Shown piece by piece: positions 10,452-19,556 of a stretch of DNA of 39,760 nucleotides. The DNA comes from Candidatus Thorarchaeota archaeon (lineage in GTDB: Archaea; Asgardarchaeota; Thorarchaeia; Thorarchaeales; Thorarchaeaceae): positions 1 to 39,760 of the forward strand of contig JAFGAR010000007.1 in NCBI GenBank assembly GCA_016933575.1, given 5' to 3'. The notes beneath the pieces were generated by a model. The model saw only the letters and a program-made list of their open reading frames with translations. It made no database searches and had not been told where the DNA came from. Both the position numbers and the translations under genes were made by a program. Position 1 is the first letter of the stretch. Each line of letters begins with the position of its first letter.

Positions 10452-13400
10452 CTAGATCATCTCCTTGAGTCTAAGCCTAGTAGCTAGGCCAAGTGACATC
10501 ATTTCTTGTATTAGAAGTTTGAATGCATAGGAAACCACAACACTACTGATTTTTGCATTAGAACCACATATTGGACAGTAGTATTGGTCCTTATTACGGT
10601 CGTAGACTCCTATAAGGCCACACTCCTCACAGACAAGCATGTTACTCTTATCTGATTCATCGAGAAGTCTACCTTTTAGAAGAATAGCAGCTCCATGACC
10701 AATGAGTACATCACGTTCCATCTCACCAAATCGAAGACCACCTTCTCGTGCACGACCTTCGGTTGGTTGGCGAGTGAGAATCTGTACAGGTCCTCTGGCT
10801 CGGGCATGAATCTTGTCTGCAACCATATGATGTAGTTTCTGGTAGAAGATAACACCCATGAATATGTCAACCTTGAGACGTTCGCCTGTGATGCCAGAAT
10901 ACATGGTTTCTCGACCATTGTGTTTGAGACCATGTCTGCGAAGAATTTCGAAGAGTTCGTCTTCAGTTACACCACAGAATGGTGTAGCATCCTGCTGTTT
11001 GCCATCCATGCATGCAGCCTTACCAGCTACCATCTCTAGAATTTGGCCGATGGTCATTCGGCTTGGAATAGCATGTGGATTGATTAGTAAGTCTGGAACA
11101 ACACCATCCTCTGTAAAGGGTAGGTCTTGCTGTGGGACTATATATCCAATAACTCCCTTTTGTCCATGACGAGATGCATACTTATCACCAAGTTCAGGAA
11201 TCCTAAGATCACGAACTTTTACCTTTACAAGACGATTACCATCAATAGTTTCTGTAAGAATGACACTGTCTACAACACCCGCCTCACCGTGACGCACAGC
11301 TACGGAGGTTTCACGACGATTAGGTGATGATATCTCGAATTCAGAATATTCTTCAAGAAAACGAGGTGGCGAAGTTCTACCAATAAGCACGTCGCCGCCT
11401 TGTACTTCAACCTCAGTTTCAATGATGCCATCTTCACCAAGATTTCTATATGATTCTGATGCTCGATAGCCTCTCACACTACGGTCAGGAATTTCAAAAC
11501 GGTCTTCTTGACCTCCAGGGTATTTTCGTTCTTCGCTCTCATAGACTCTGGCAAAGGTACTCCTTCCAAGTCCTCTTTCAATGGAAGCCTTGTTCATAAT
11601 AAGAGCGTCTTCGATGTTATACCCTTCAAACGAGAGGATTGCAACCACAAAATTCTGTCCCGCAGGTCGCTCTTCATAACCAATGGAGTCCATGGCTCGA
11701 GTCTTTACAAGTGGAACCTGTGGGTAGTGGAAGAAATGAGATCTTGTATCTGCACGGAATCGGAAATTAGCTGCAGGAACCCCTACGGATTGCTTCGCCA
11801 TACCAGCCATGTACACATTACGAGGCGACTGGTTTCTCTCCGGGAAGGGTATTAGGGCAGCGGAAATGCCCAGAAGTGTTGATGGTACAATCTCTAGGTG
11901 TGTTGTGTTGGGTCCAATGTTTTCTGGGTACATTGCTATTAGCGTGTTTTCTTCTTCTTCTGCATCAATGAACTCAACAATACCATTCCTCAGCAGATCT
12001 ATGAAGGTCCATTCTCCATCAGTAATCATTCGTAGATGTTCCTCAGTCAAGCGACTCTTTCCGTTCTCTACAATAATGACTGGTCGTCTGACTCTACCAG
12101 CGTCACAATTGACTTGGACTTCATGTGTGTCCTCATAATAGGCAACATTGGTCTGATTGTCAATCTCACCAGCACGACGTTTCTGACGAAGCGCCTTAAC
12201 TAGTACCTGTGGCGCCGGATGAATTCCAACAAGACGACCATTGAGGAAGACATCAGCACCCTTTCTTCCACGCTTTCCATGGAGCTTCTCAATAGGTTCA
12301 ACTTCTGCCTTCAACATGGTTCGTTCAATTACATCTTCATCAGTACCAACCGATATGTAAGCCATCATGGCGATGTTCTTCACAAGCCCACAGTTTGGTC
12401 CTTCAGGCGTTTCATTAGGACATATCTTTCCCCAGTGTGTTGAGTGAAGGTCACGTGCTTCGAAGTGAGGTTGTGACCGTGAAAGCGGGGACACAACTCT
12501 ACGTAGATGTGAGAGTGATGATATGTAGTTAGTCCGATCTAGAAGCTGGGACACACCTGCCTTGCCACCGACCCAATTGCCTGTAGCAAGAGCATGCTTC
12601 AATCTCTGTGTGATTACATCAGCTCTCACTGCAGTTCTAATGTTTGGCTTACGTCCACGAACTGCGGTACGTTCAAGCTGATATTTGATATCTCGGGTGA
12701 GTGAATAGAGTGCAACTCTGAAGAGTGACATCAATAGATCGCCTGAGAGCTTGAGACGTTTGTTTGCATAGTGGTCTTTGTCATCTTGGGCACGATTCCC
12801 AAGGACTAATTCTAGTAGTCTCTCTACCATCTGACCAAGATAGTATGCTTTCTGGAGTCGACTATCATCTTCGGTCCCGATGTGTGGAAGCAAGTACCTA
12901 TCAAGTACCTTTTCAGCTCTAGCCAGACGGTACTCCTTTGTCTGACCCACTGCTACACGCTTTCCAATAAAGTCGAGAGCATTGACCCTTGTTGATCCTT
13001 CTTCTTCATCTCGAGCAGCGTTGATTGGTGCAGATTGTTCAATGGTGACAATCAGTTCATTTCTGAGTTCATCATCATCTGAGATGACATCAACTATCTC
13101 TCTATCAGACTCTAACCCAAGAGCTTTCATGAGAATTGCAAGAGGAATCTTACCAGGAACAGAGGGGAATGATACTCTTAGTTCACCAGTTCTCTTGCGT
13201 TCGATTGTAACGGGAGCTCTGAAACCTCTTGATGTTGAGAAGACTTTTGCAATGTGAGTGAAACTCGAACTTTTGCTTGCCTCTTCGATAAGAATCCTGT
13301 TTGGCGCCAAATCTTCCTGTGTAACTAGTACACGCTCAGACCCGTTGATTATAAAGTAGCCACCGGGATCTTTGGGGTCCTCACCAAGAGCAATCAATTC

Positions 13401-13823
13401 CTGTTCAGACTTACCATGTAGATGGCATTTTTCACTTCGAAGCATAATTGGCATGTTACCAATATAGATCTTCAAAGTCTCGAGTCTTGTTGACACAGAT
13501 CCTTCTTTTCGGACGGGAGTCATGTTTAGGAATAGTTTGCTGGCGTAGGTGAGGTTCCTAATTCTAGCCTCATTGGGAGTCAGATTATGTTCACTCCCAT
13601 CTGCTTCTCTTATCGTGGGCTTACCAATCTCAATATCACCTAATTCGACAATATAGCCCTCGATCTTTGGAGTCAACTTTCCGACGCTATCTACTACCTG
13701 TTGAAGCTCCTCTCTTACGAACCGATTAAACGAGTCAAGATGTTGGCCTACTAGTCCGTAATAATCGAAAAATGCCTCTATAACAGGCCAATACTTGTCG
13801 TGCTCTTGATTACCCGATGCCAT
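10452..13823 (-). CDS. rpoB: RNA polymerase subunit B (Rpo2), unsplit
   Basis: GYFIINGSE, ETPEG, GDKYASRHGQKG, GLRFGEME, C-terminal Zn finger. Confidence 0.99.
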   Translation of the reverse strand: MASGNQEHDKYWPVIEAFFDYYGLVGQHLDSFNRFVREELQQVVDSVGKLTPKIEGYIVELGDIEIGKPTIREADGSEHNLTPNEARIRNLTYASKLFLNMTPVRKEGSVSTRLETLKIYIGNMPIMLRSEKCHLHGKSEQELIALGEDPKDPGGYFIINGSERVLVTQEDLAPNRILIEEASKSSSFTHIAKVFSTSRGFRAPVTIERKRTGELRVSFPSVPGKIPLAILMKALGLESDREIVDVISDDDELRNELIVTIEQSAPINAARDEEEGSTRVNALDFIGKRVAVGQTKEYRLARAEKVLDRYLLPHIGTEDDSRLQKAYYLGQMVERLLELVLGNRAQDDKDHYANKRLKLSGDLLMSLFRVALYSLTRDIKYQLERTAVRGRKPNIRTAVRADVITQRLKHALATGNWVGGKAGVSQLLDRTNYISSLSHLRRVVSPLSRSQPHFEARDLHSTHWGKICPNETPEGPNCGLVKNIAMMAYISVGTDEDVIERTMLKAEVEPIEKLHGKRGRKGADVFLNGRLVGIHPAPQVLVKALRQKRRAGEIDNQTNVAYYEDTHEVQVNCDAGRVRRPVIIVENGKSRLTEEHLRMITDGEWTFIDLLRNGIVEFIDAEEEENTLIAMYPENIGPNTTHLEIVPSTLLGISAALIPFPERNQSPRNVYMAGMAKQSVGVPAANFRFRADTRSHFFHYPQVPLVKTRAMDSIGYEERPAGQNFVVAILSFEGYNIEDALIMNKASIERGLGRSTFARVYESEERKYPGGQEDRFEIPDRSVRGYRASESYRNLGEDGIIETEVEVQGGDVLIGRTSPPRFLEEYSEFEISSPNRRETSVAVRHGEAGVVDSVILTETIDGNRLVKVKVRDLRIPELGDKYASRHGQKGVIGYIVPQQDLPFTEDGVVPDLLINPHAIPSRMTIGQILEMVAGKAACMDGKQQDATPFCGVTEDELFEILRRHGLKHNGRETMYSGITGERLKVDIFMGVIFYQKLHHMVADKIHARARGPVQILTRQPTEGRAREGGLRFGEMERDVLIGHGAAILLKGRLLDESDKSNMLVCEECGLIGVYDRNKDQYYCPICGSNAKISSVVVSYAFKLLIQEMMSLGLATRLRLKEMI

Positions 13824-13847
13824 ATAATAATCACACCGTGAATGTAT

Positions 13848-13882
13848 AGGACGGGGGAACTACTGCTTGCATATACGCTTCC
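13848..13882 (-). promoter_or_regulatory. Putative rpoB promoter (GGAAGC-GTATATG ... CCCCGTCCT)
   Basis: TATA-like element at 13870-13876, GC motif at 13848-13856, GGTGTGA SD before the ATG. Confidence 0.4.
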
Positions 13883-13992
13883 CAACGCATGGAACCCAGA
13901 AATCCGAGCTCACACATCTGCTGCAATAGCCGCCCCGTTTGTTGTTTTACTCCAGCAATGCTGCTTTTTGCCCACACTCATGACAGGGTCAT

Positions 13993-14101
13993 TGGCGGGC
14001 TCGGCGGGATTTGAACCCGCGGCCCCATCCCGAGACAAGAGAAGAATCTCTTGCTCATCAGGTTAAAAGCCTGCTGCGCTACCTAGCTGCGCCACGAGCC
14101 C
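13993..14101 (-). tRNA. tRNA-Lys(UUU) with ~32-nt intron near position 43/44 (~14026-14057); CCA encoded
   Basis: Acceptor GGGCTCG/CGAGCCC+GCCA; loop CTTTTAA; T arm GCGGG-TTCAAAT-CCCGC; extra hairpin CAAGAGA-ttct-TCTCTTG after the anticodon stem. Confidence 0.9.
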
Positions 14102-14402
14102 CTGATGTCTTGGCGGTTCCTGGTATTTTTTGTGGACCGTCAGTGACCCCTACATGACAACGAGTCGCATGATTGTAACTTATAGCCATGCATGAATGGG
14201 AAGCAGTGCTGCCTGAGCAAAGGACGGGGATTTTTGTAGCCATAAAAGGGTTACGATAAAACGCATAATTGGCATAACATCTAAGGACGGCTTAGCGATG
14301 TGCGCCAGAATTGTATACTCCTCGGACAGTAATAAACATTCTCAGCTCCAGATTTGAATACATACCATAAGCAAAAAGGGACAATGTGAACAACAAATAA
14401 GT

Positions 14403-15167
14403 ATGGAAAAGCCGGTAGTCGTCAAGATTAATCTTGTCCCGAACCTCTTGCAATTCGTTCTAGTGGGATTAGATGCAGCAGGGTTTTCGGATAAGGCTCC
14501 CTTGGTAGAAGATTATATTCCAAGAACGCATTTTCACCTGCTTCTGGGATTTCAAGGAAAGCCTTCGAACCAATGGCCTTCATTACTTCAGAACTATTCA
14601 ACAATCGTTGAGGATGTCCATAATCGGATATATCAGGAAAAGTGGAGTAAGATAGAACCATCCCTTCAATCAAGATAAGAGCGTCTTGAGAGAGAGTATC
14701 TTGATGGATTTGATTGGGTAAATTGGTGGGAAGAAAGAACAGGATTAAAATTCGAATACCCTAGATTTCAAGTAGAACTAATAGATGCTATGACTACTAT
14801 GGGGACTTCTCTGTTAGCTGAGAGAGATGGCTTTTATGCTCATGGTGACTCAGTAAAGTTAGTTACAATGATTTCGCATGAAGTCTGTACTCACTTATTG
14901 TTTAGTTCTGAATGTTTTCGGAATGAGAAGATCGCATCTCTGATTAGAGAAGATTTGGAGCGGTATCTTCGAGTTGTTGAAGCAGTTTCGTGGGCTACAA
15001 ATAGAGATTTGATTGATGAACTCGGTCTGAAATGGACTATGGAGAAGGCATTTGATTGGGTTGGTCCAATAAAAGAGAAAATTGCAGATTTGGTGTATGA
15101 GAAGAACCTTCGTAACTACTGGAAAATCATGAGAGAAGGATTCAAACTCATGGGTAATCAAGAATAA
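14403..15167 (+). pseudogene. Hypothetical protein gene interrupted by one in-frame TAA (14676-14678)
   Basis: ORFs 14403-14678 and 14790-15167 share a frame; the intervening codons are open (ERLEREYLDGFDWVNWWEERTGLKFEYPRFQVELIDA). Confidence 0.7.
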
Positions 15168-15173
15168 TCGTTC

Positions 15174-15188
15174 CGACAACTTTAATAG
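15174..15188 (+). promoter_or_regulatory. tRNA-Asp promoter (BRE-TATA)
   Basis: CGACAAC-TTTAATA ~35 nt upstream of the tRNA. Confidence 0.55.
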
Positions 15189-15220
15189 AAAATCAACAGT
15201 CGAGCCGGTCTGCTAAAGGA

Positions 15221-15357
15221 GCCCCTGTAGTGTAGTCCGGCCAATGTTGTAGAAATCCTACATCATACGGAATAGCATTCAAGACTGTCAATCCAAGTGG
15301 ATTGGCACTTGAAGCGGACCTCTTGAGACCCGGGTTCGAATCCCGGCGGGGGCGCCA
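15221..15357 (+). tRNA. tRNA-Asp(GUC) with two introns: D-loop (~20a/20b, ~15243-15272) and 37/38 (15291-15319)
   Basis: Acceptor GCCCCTG/CGGGGGC+GCCA; anticodon stem CAAGA/TCTTG; BHB central helix CTGT/GCGG; T-loop TTCGAAT. Confidence 0.92.
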
Positions 15358-15371
15358 CCTTCTTCTCTGCA

Positions 15372-15641
15372 CTATTGAGATTTTTTCACTAGTTTCAGAT
15401 TTTCGTCTGTCTGTACAAAACAGATTGCAACTGAAATTAGTAACATGGCAAAAAGAATAATGAACAATGATAGATTACCAAGAACTGTCGAAGGATTTTC
15501 TAAGAGCTGGTTTGTTTGCATAATAGTAAGTAGTATGATAAGAACAATGATAATTTGCACTACGCGTCGAAGATCATTTATTTTCCGATCCAGTACTGCT
15601 ACTGAGTCTGTATCAACTGGCTCGTCTTTGGATATTTTCAG
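15372..15641 (-). CDS. Small 2-TM membrane protein, possibly CTG-initiated (MKISKDEPVDTDSVAVLDRKINDLRRVVQIIIV...)
   Basis: Frame stays open upstream of the ORF-track GTG at 15560, to a CTG directly after GAGGGA; two hydrophobic helices. Confidence 0.55.
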   Translation of the reverse strand: MKISKDEPVDTDSVAVLDRKINDLRRVVQIIIVLIILLTIMQTNQLLENPSTVLGNLSLFIILFAMLLISVAICFVQTDENLKLVKKSQ

Positions 15642-15773
15642 TCCCTCATACCAAGCGATAATGTGACATTGATACCAAGATATTTACGTTTTATCGTTCT
15701 GTTTGTGAGTATTCAAGGAGTTAGAGTTCCATATCGGGACTCAGATAAGGGAAGATTGTCTAGACAGTTCATT

Positions 15774-16238
15774 ATGATAGAATGCATCAGAATTCTAATT
15801 GATCACAATATAAAAACAAGAGGGCTATTACTGAGAGCTATTGAGAATCTTGGTCAGGATGCATTCATGAAGGATTTAGGAGTAGGAAGAAGGTCTCTTA
15901 GAAATATACTGATACATCTAGTGGAAACCGAGATATATTGGGTGTCAGTACTTAGAGGAACAGAATTCGAACAACTCAATCATGAGGAATTTACTACACC
16001 TGATTCCATCAGAGCATTATGGTGTGGTGTAGAAACGGAAACAAGTGAGTTTTTAGAAAATCTGAATGATGAACAGCTTCACCATGTAAAAACGGTTACT
16101 TGGGGAGAGAATACAATCAATTTCACTGTGAGAAAGGCCTTACTTCATCTTGTAACACATGAAACGCATCATCGAGGTTTGATTATTGGACTTATTAGAC
16201 AGTTGGGATTTGAACCACCTGATGTCAATATGCTATAG
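15774..16238 (+). CDS. DinB/YfiT-like protein
   Basis: SLRNILIHLVETE..W and LLHLVTHETHHRG metal-binding His motifs; start moved to ATG 15774. Confidence 0.9.
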   Translation: MIECIRILIDHNIKTRGLLLRAIENLGQDAFMKDLGVGRRSLRNILIHLVETEIYWVSVLRGTEFEQLNHEEFTTPDSIRALWCGVETETSEFLENLNDEQLHHVKTVTWGENTINFTVRKALLHLVTHETHHRGLIIGLIRQLGFEPPDVNML

Positions 16239-16240
16239 GA

Positions 16241-17248
16241 GTGTTAGATAAAATGACTGATTTCTTGGATTCGTGTTATGCCGCAATCAGAGTACAAGAA
16301 AAATCAATTGCAGATACATTAGAGAGTATAGATGAGATAGGTATCAACCTTCGAACAAAACGACGTATCGTTCTAGTTGGCGCAGGTGATTCATATGCCG
16401 TATCTGAATATGGAAAATGGACGTTCTTGGCTGTAGATTTAAACGCATTGTCAATATCACCAACAGAGATAATGGATATACCATTGGACAGCAAGTGCCT
16501 TATAATTGGGGTTACTGCATCTGGCAGAAGTCTTTCAACTATTGATGCAATACAAGAAGCAAGGAAAAAAGGAGCTGAAGTTGTCGTTCTGACTGATAAT
16601 AAGGGTGGCAAAGCTGTAGAAGATGCTACAGAGGTATGGATTACAAAAGCGCACGTTGATTCATATAATGTGAGCCCAGCCTCTCCAACAACCACAGCTA
16701 TGGCATATCTTCTAAAAGTTGCTGCTCTGCAAAATAGTAGTATTCAGAGAGATTTACTATCAGATATTGATAATCTGATAGGAAACGGTTTAAAAATGCT
16801 GGAATGGGCGGAAATCGAAGGCGCGGCTATCTCGAAAATGGTGTCTGTGGGTAGACCTCTGTACATGATTTCAGATGGCCCAAATTATGTAGCTGCTCAG
16901 ATTGGGATGATGAAATTTGATGAGTTCTCTATAATCAAAGGTCTTGTAGCCCTCAGAGAGGATTTTTGCCACCATCATGTGTTTGGAATCGATGAAATGG
17001 ACCAAGCAGTCCTGATATCATGCAGTCCCATTACAACAGACGATGAGAGATACATGAATGTCCTTTTGGGAGTGCTTAAAATGAAAGCCTATCATCTTCA
17101 TAATGACCTCGGTCTTAAGACATCTCTTGCTCAGGCGATTCCAAATACAATCGCACTTCAAATTGCATCACACAGAGTAGTTCGTAGAATAAATCCTCAC
17201 TTGAGTGGATTCAAGCTACCCCATGCCAAGGCATTCAAAATCTATTAG
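16241..17248 (+). CDS. Double SIS-domain sugar-phosphate isomerase-like protein (GlmS/FrlB-like)
   Basis: LVGAGDSY, GVTASGRS, LTDN, GPNYVAA..G.MKFDE. Confidence 0.85.
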   Translation: MLDKMTDFLDSCYAAIRVQEKSIADTLESIDEIGINLRTKRRIVLVGAGDSYAVSEYGKWTFLAVDLNALSISPTEIMDIPLDSKCLIIGVTASGRSLSTIDAIQEARKKGAEVVVLTDNKGGKAVEDATEVWITKAHVDSYNVSPASPTTTAMAYLLKVAALQNSSIQRDLLSDIDNLIGNGLKMLEWAEIEGAAISKMVSVGRPLYMISDGPNYVAAQIGMMKFDEFSIIKGLVALREDFCHHHVFGIDEMDQAVLISCSPITTDDERYMNVLLGVLKMKAYHLHNDLGLKTSLAQAIPNTIALQIASHRVVRRINPHLSGFKLPHAKAFKIY

Positions 17249-17300
17249 TTTTCTACCTCCAAGGGAAGATGTATCAAGGCATTAGTATTTGTGAACAATT

Positions 17301-18260
17301 GTGACTAGCTTATTGGATCTTCTGAAAGAGAGTAATACCCTAGATAAACGTAGAGACCTCATTGAATATATACAGGCTCACTCAGATGAATTTGATGAGA
17401 TACTTGATACCGCTTTCTCGGAAGATAGTAGTTCGAAACATCGGTTGCTTGAACTTGTGGATTTTTTGAGTACTGCATTGGCAGTCAAGATTATTGAAAG
17501 AGCGGTACTAGGACAAGATGAACAGACTCGAGTGAAGGGTCTACAAGCTGCATATCGAACAAGAATTGATTCTTTGAATGACCATGTAGAACGAATACTA
17601 AGGTCTCCTGAGGAAAGATTCGAAGCCAGAAAATGGTCATTACATATCTTAGGAAGTACTGATCCAAATTACTACAGTAAATCAATTACCAGAATTGCTC
17701 GTGATTTATCAGAAGATATCGACCTGAGAAAGGAGGCAATTTTCGCGCTCACGAAAATTGTGAATGATAAAACGTTGGGAGTTCTCTGTACCCTCTTGGG
17801 AGATACTAACGCTGAAATCCGTCAATCTGGAGCTTGGGCTCTTAGCAATATTGGATCACCAGATTCGATCAATTGCCTACTAGCAGCACTTGATGATATG
17901 GACGAACATGTTAGAGATTGGGCGATCCGTGGGCTTCGGGACATGGACGATAGTCGTGCCTTACAAGGATTAGCTAACGCGATTCGTTGTAGTTCACCAG
18001 AAGAACAAGTAAGAATGACGCGATTAGTGATAGAAAAACGGTCTGATGTAATTCTAAGAGTAATTGTCGAATTATTGGACTCCTCAGACACCAATGTCCG
18101 GCGTACTGCAGCTTGGGCACTGAGTGTATCGCCATACCCACCAGCTGCACCTAGTCTGAAAATGCTTCTTGATGATGCTGATGAGCAGACTCGTGACTAT
18201 GCAAGAATAGGTCTAATCCGAAGTGGAGGCATTGACCCATCAGATTTGCGACTGATATAG
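17301..18260 (+). CDS. HEAT-repeat (PBS lyase-like) protein
   Basis: Repeated L.D....VR..A..AL motifs. Confidence 0.88.
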   Translation: MTSLLDLLKESNTLDKRRDLIEYIQAHSDEFDEILDTAFSEDSSSKHRLLELVDFLSTALAVKIIERAVLGQDEQTRVKGLQAAYRTRIDSLNDHVERILRSPEERFEARKWSLHILGSTDPNYYSKSITRIARDLSEDIDLRKEAIFALTKIVNDKTLGVLCTLLGDTNAEIRQSGAWALSNIGSPDSINCLLAALDDMDEHVRDWAIRGLRDMDDSRALQGLANAIRCSSPEEQVRMTRLVIEKRSDVILRVIVELLDSSDTNVRRTAAWALSVSPYPPAAPSLKMLLDDADEQTRDYARIGLIRSGGIDPSDLRLI

Positions 18261-18265
18261 ACTCC

Positions 18266-19033
18266 TCACATCATACCCTTGTATAGACCGCCATCAATCA
18301 ATAGGAGGGCTCCATGAACATAGCTTGCAAGAGGACTCAATATGAATGCACACACATTTCCAAATTCTTTTGGAGTTCCCATTCTCCCAAGAGGTATTTT
18401 ATCTATGATGTTCTCTTCTGTGGATTCGCCCTTGGATTTTGCAGCAGCCATGAGCTGGTTAACACGATCTGTGTATATGTAACCAGGACACACTGCATTG
18501 ACTCTGATACCTTCGGGACCAATCTCATCAGACAAGGTACGCATCATCCCAATCACTGCAGGGCGTAATGCGTTTGATAGCAAGAGATTGGATATCGGTT
18601 GTTTGACTGAGATTGATGTACTGTACAGTATGGATGGACTGTCGGATTCTTTCAGCAAAGGAATAGCAGTCCTAGTCAACCGAACCGCACTCATCAATGT
18701 TAGATCCACACTCTTCAGCCAAGTTTCATCAGAAATTTCTGTGAAGGTTCCAGGAGGTGGACCTCCTGCATTCACAAAGAGTCCATCTAACTTCGATGTC
18801 TGTTCTTTTATGAAATCAAAGAGAGATTCAACGTCGACAGATTGTGAAACATCTGCAACAAAATACTGAGCTCTATTTCCCAAGGATTCCACAGCATTTT
18901 TCAGAGAACTCTCTGTTCTCCCACAGATTATCACGTTGGCTTTATCATCTACAAGAGCCTTGGCGACACTCAGACCTAACCCCTTAGAAGCGGCTGTTAC
19001 AAGAAACGTTCTTTCTTCCAGTTGAAGATTCAT
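18266..19033 (-). CDS. Short-chain dehydrogenase/reductase (FabG-like)
   Basis: VTAASKGLG, VNAGGPPPG, GIRVNAVCPG, IPLGRMG, IDGG. Confidence 0.93.
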   Translation of the reverse strand: MNLQLEERTFLVTAASKGLGLSVAKALVDDKANVIICGRTESSLKNAVESLGNRAQYFVADVSQSVDVESLFDFIKEQTSKLDGLFVNAGGPPPGTFTEISDETWLKSVDLTLMSAVRLTRTAIPLLKESDSPSILYSTSISVKQPISNLLLSNALRPAVIGMMRTLSDEIGPEGIRVNAVCPGYIYTDRVNQLMAAAKSKGESTEENIIDKIPLGRMGTPKEFGNVCAFILSPLASYVHGALLLIDGGLYKGMM

Positions 19034-19079
19034 GAGATGTGAGTATGTAACAGTGCAAGATAAGATACACGAATGGTAT

Positions 19080-19382
19080 CTACATTGCTTCTGGTGTTAT
19101 TGTTTTCTCTGTCTTTGCGCCTAGAGCGATTTCAAGATGGAGAAATGCAGAGCTCAATCGTTGGAACTCTTTAGGAACTTTGAAATCGCCCATACCGGTT
19201 GAATTGAGTACTCGATCAATTCTGGTTGTTGTAAGTCTATTATTTTCCTTAGAATTGAAAGATAGAAGAATCCGTGTTTCATCAGGATCAGGCATCCAAA
19301 ATACGGATGAGCACTTTATGCCATTACTATTGAGAACTTGTTTAATCTTCGCCTCGATGGTCTTCATTCGTACAAGCACCAA
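19080..19382 (-). CDS. Hypothetical protein
   Basis: 100-aa ORF with globular composition, co-oriented with the SDR. Confidence 0.65.
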   Translation of the reverse strand: MVLVRMKTIEAKIKQVLNSNGIKCSSVFWMPDPDETRILLSFNSKENNRLTTTRIDRVLNSTGMGDFKVPKEFQRLSSAFLHLEIALGAKTEKTITPEAM

Positions 19383-19556
19383 GATTTCGTCCCTATCAGA
19401 GTACTAAAGCACCTGTATTAACCAAGTAATACTGAGCTTACGCGCCAAACTGGTTCAAGATACCTCATTGATTCCGAGTGAATATCTTAACACTTGCTCT
19501 CTTCTGTGTCTTGATAAGAAAAACTGACTCGAAAAGGTGAGTAGAGGTTGTGTTAG

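Noticed and set aside
13842-14066. ORFs overlapping tRNAs (also 32292-32597 and 37015-37326)
   Set aside because: Antisense shadows of GC-rich tRNA genes
14169-14216. C/D-box sRNA on the plus strand (ATGATTG...CTGA)
   Set aside because: Imperfect C box, no convincing D'/C' boxes or terminal stem
14111-14230. tRNA-like 3' end (CCAGGAACCGCCA) suggesting a sixth, split or permuted tRNA
   Set aside because: No T-loop consensus and no matching 5' acceptor strand found
14676-14678. Sec/Pyl recoding of the in-frame stop
   Set aside because: The codon is TAA, not TGA or TAG
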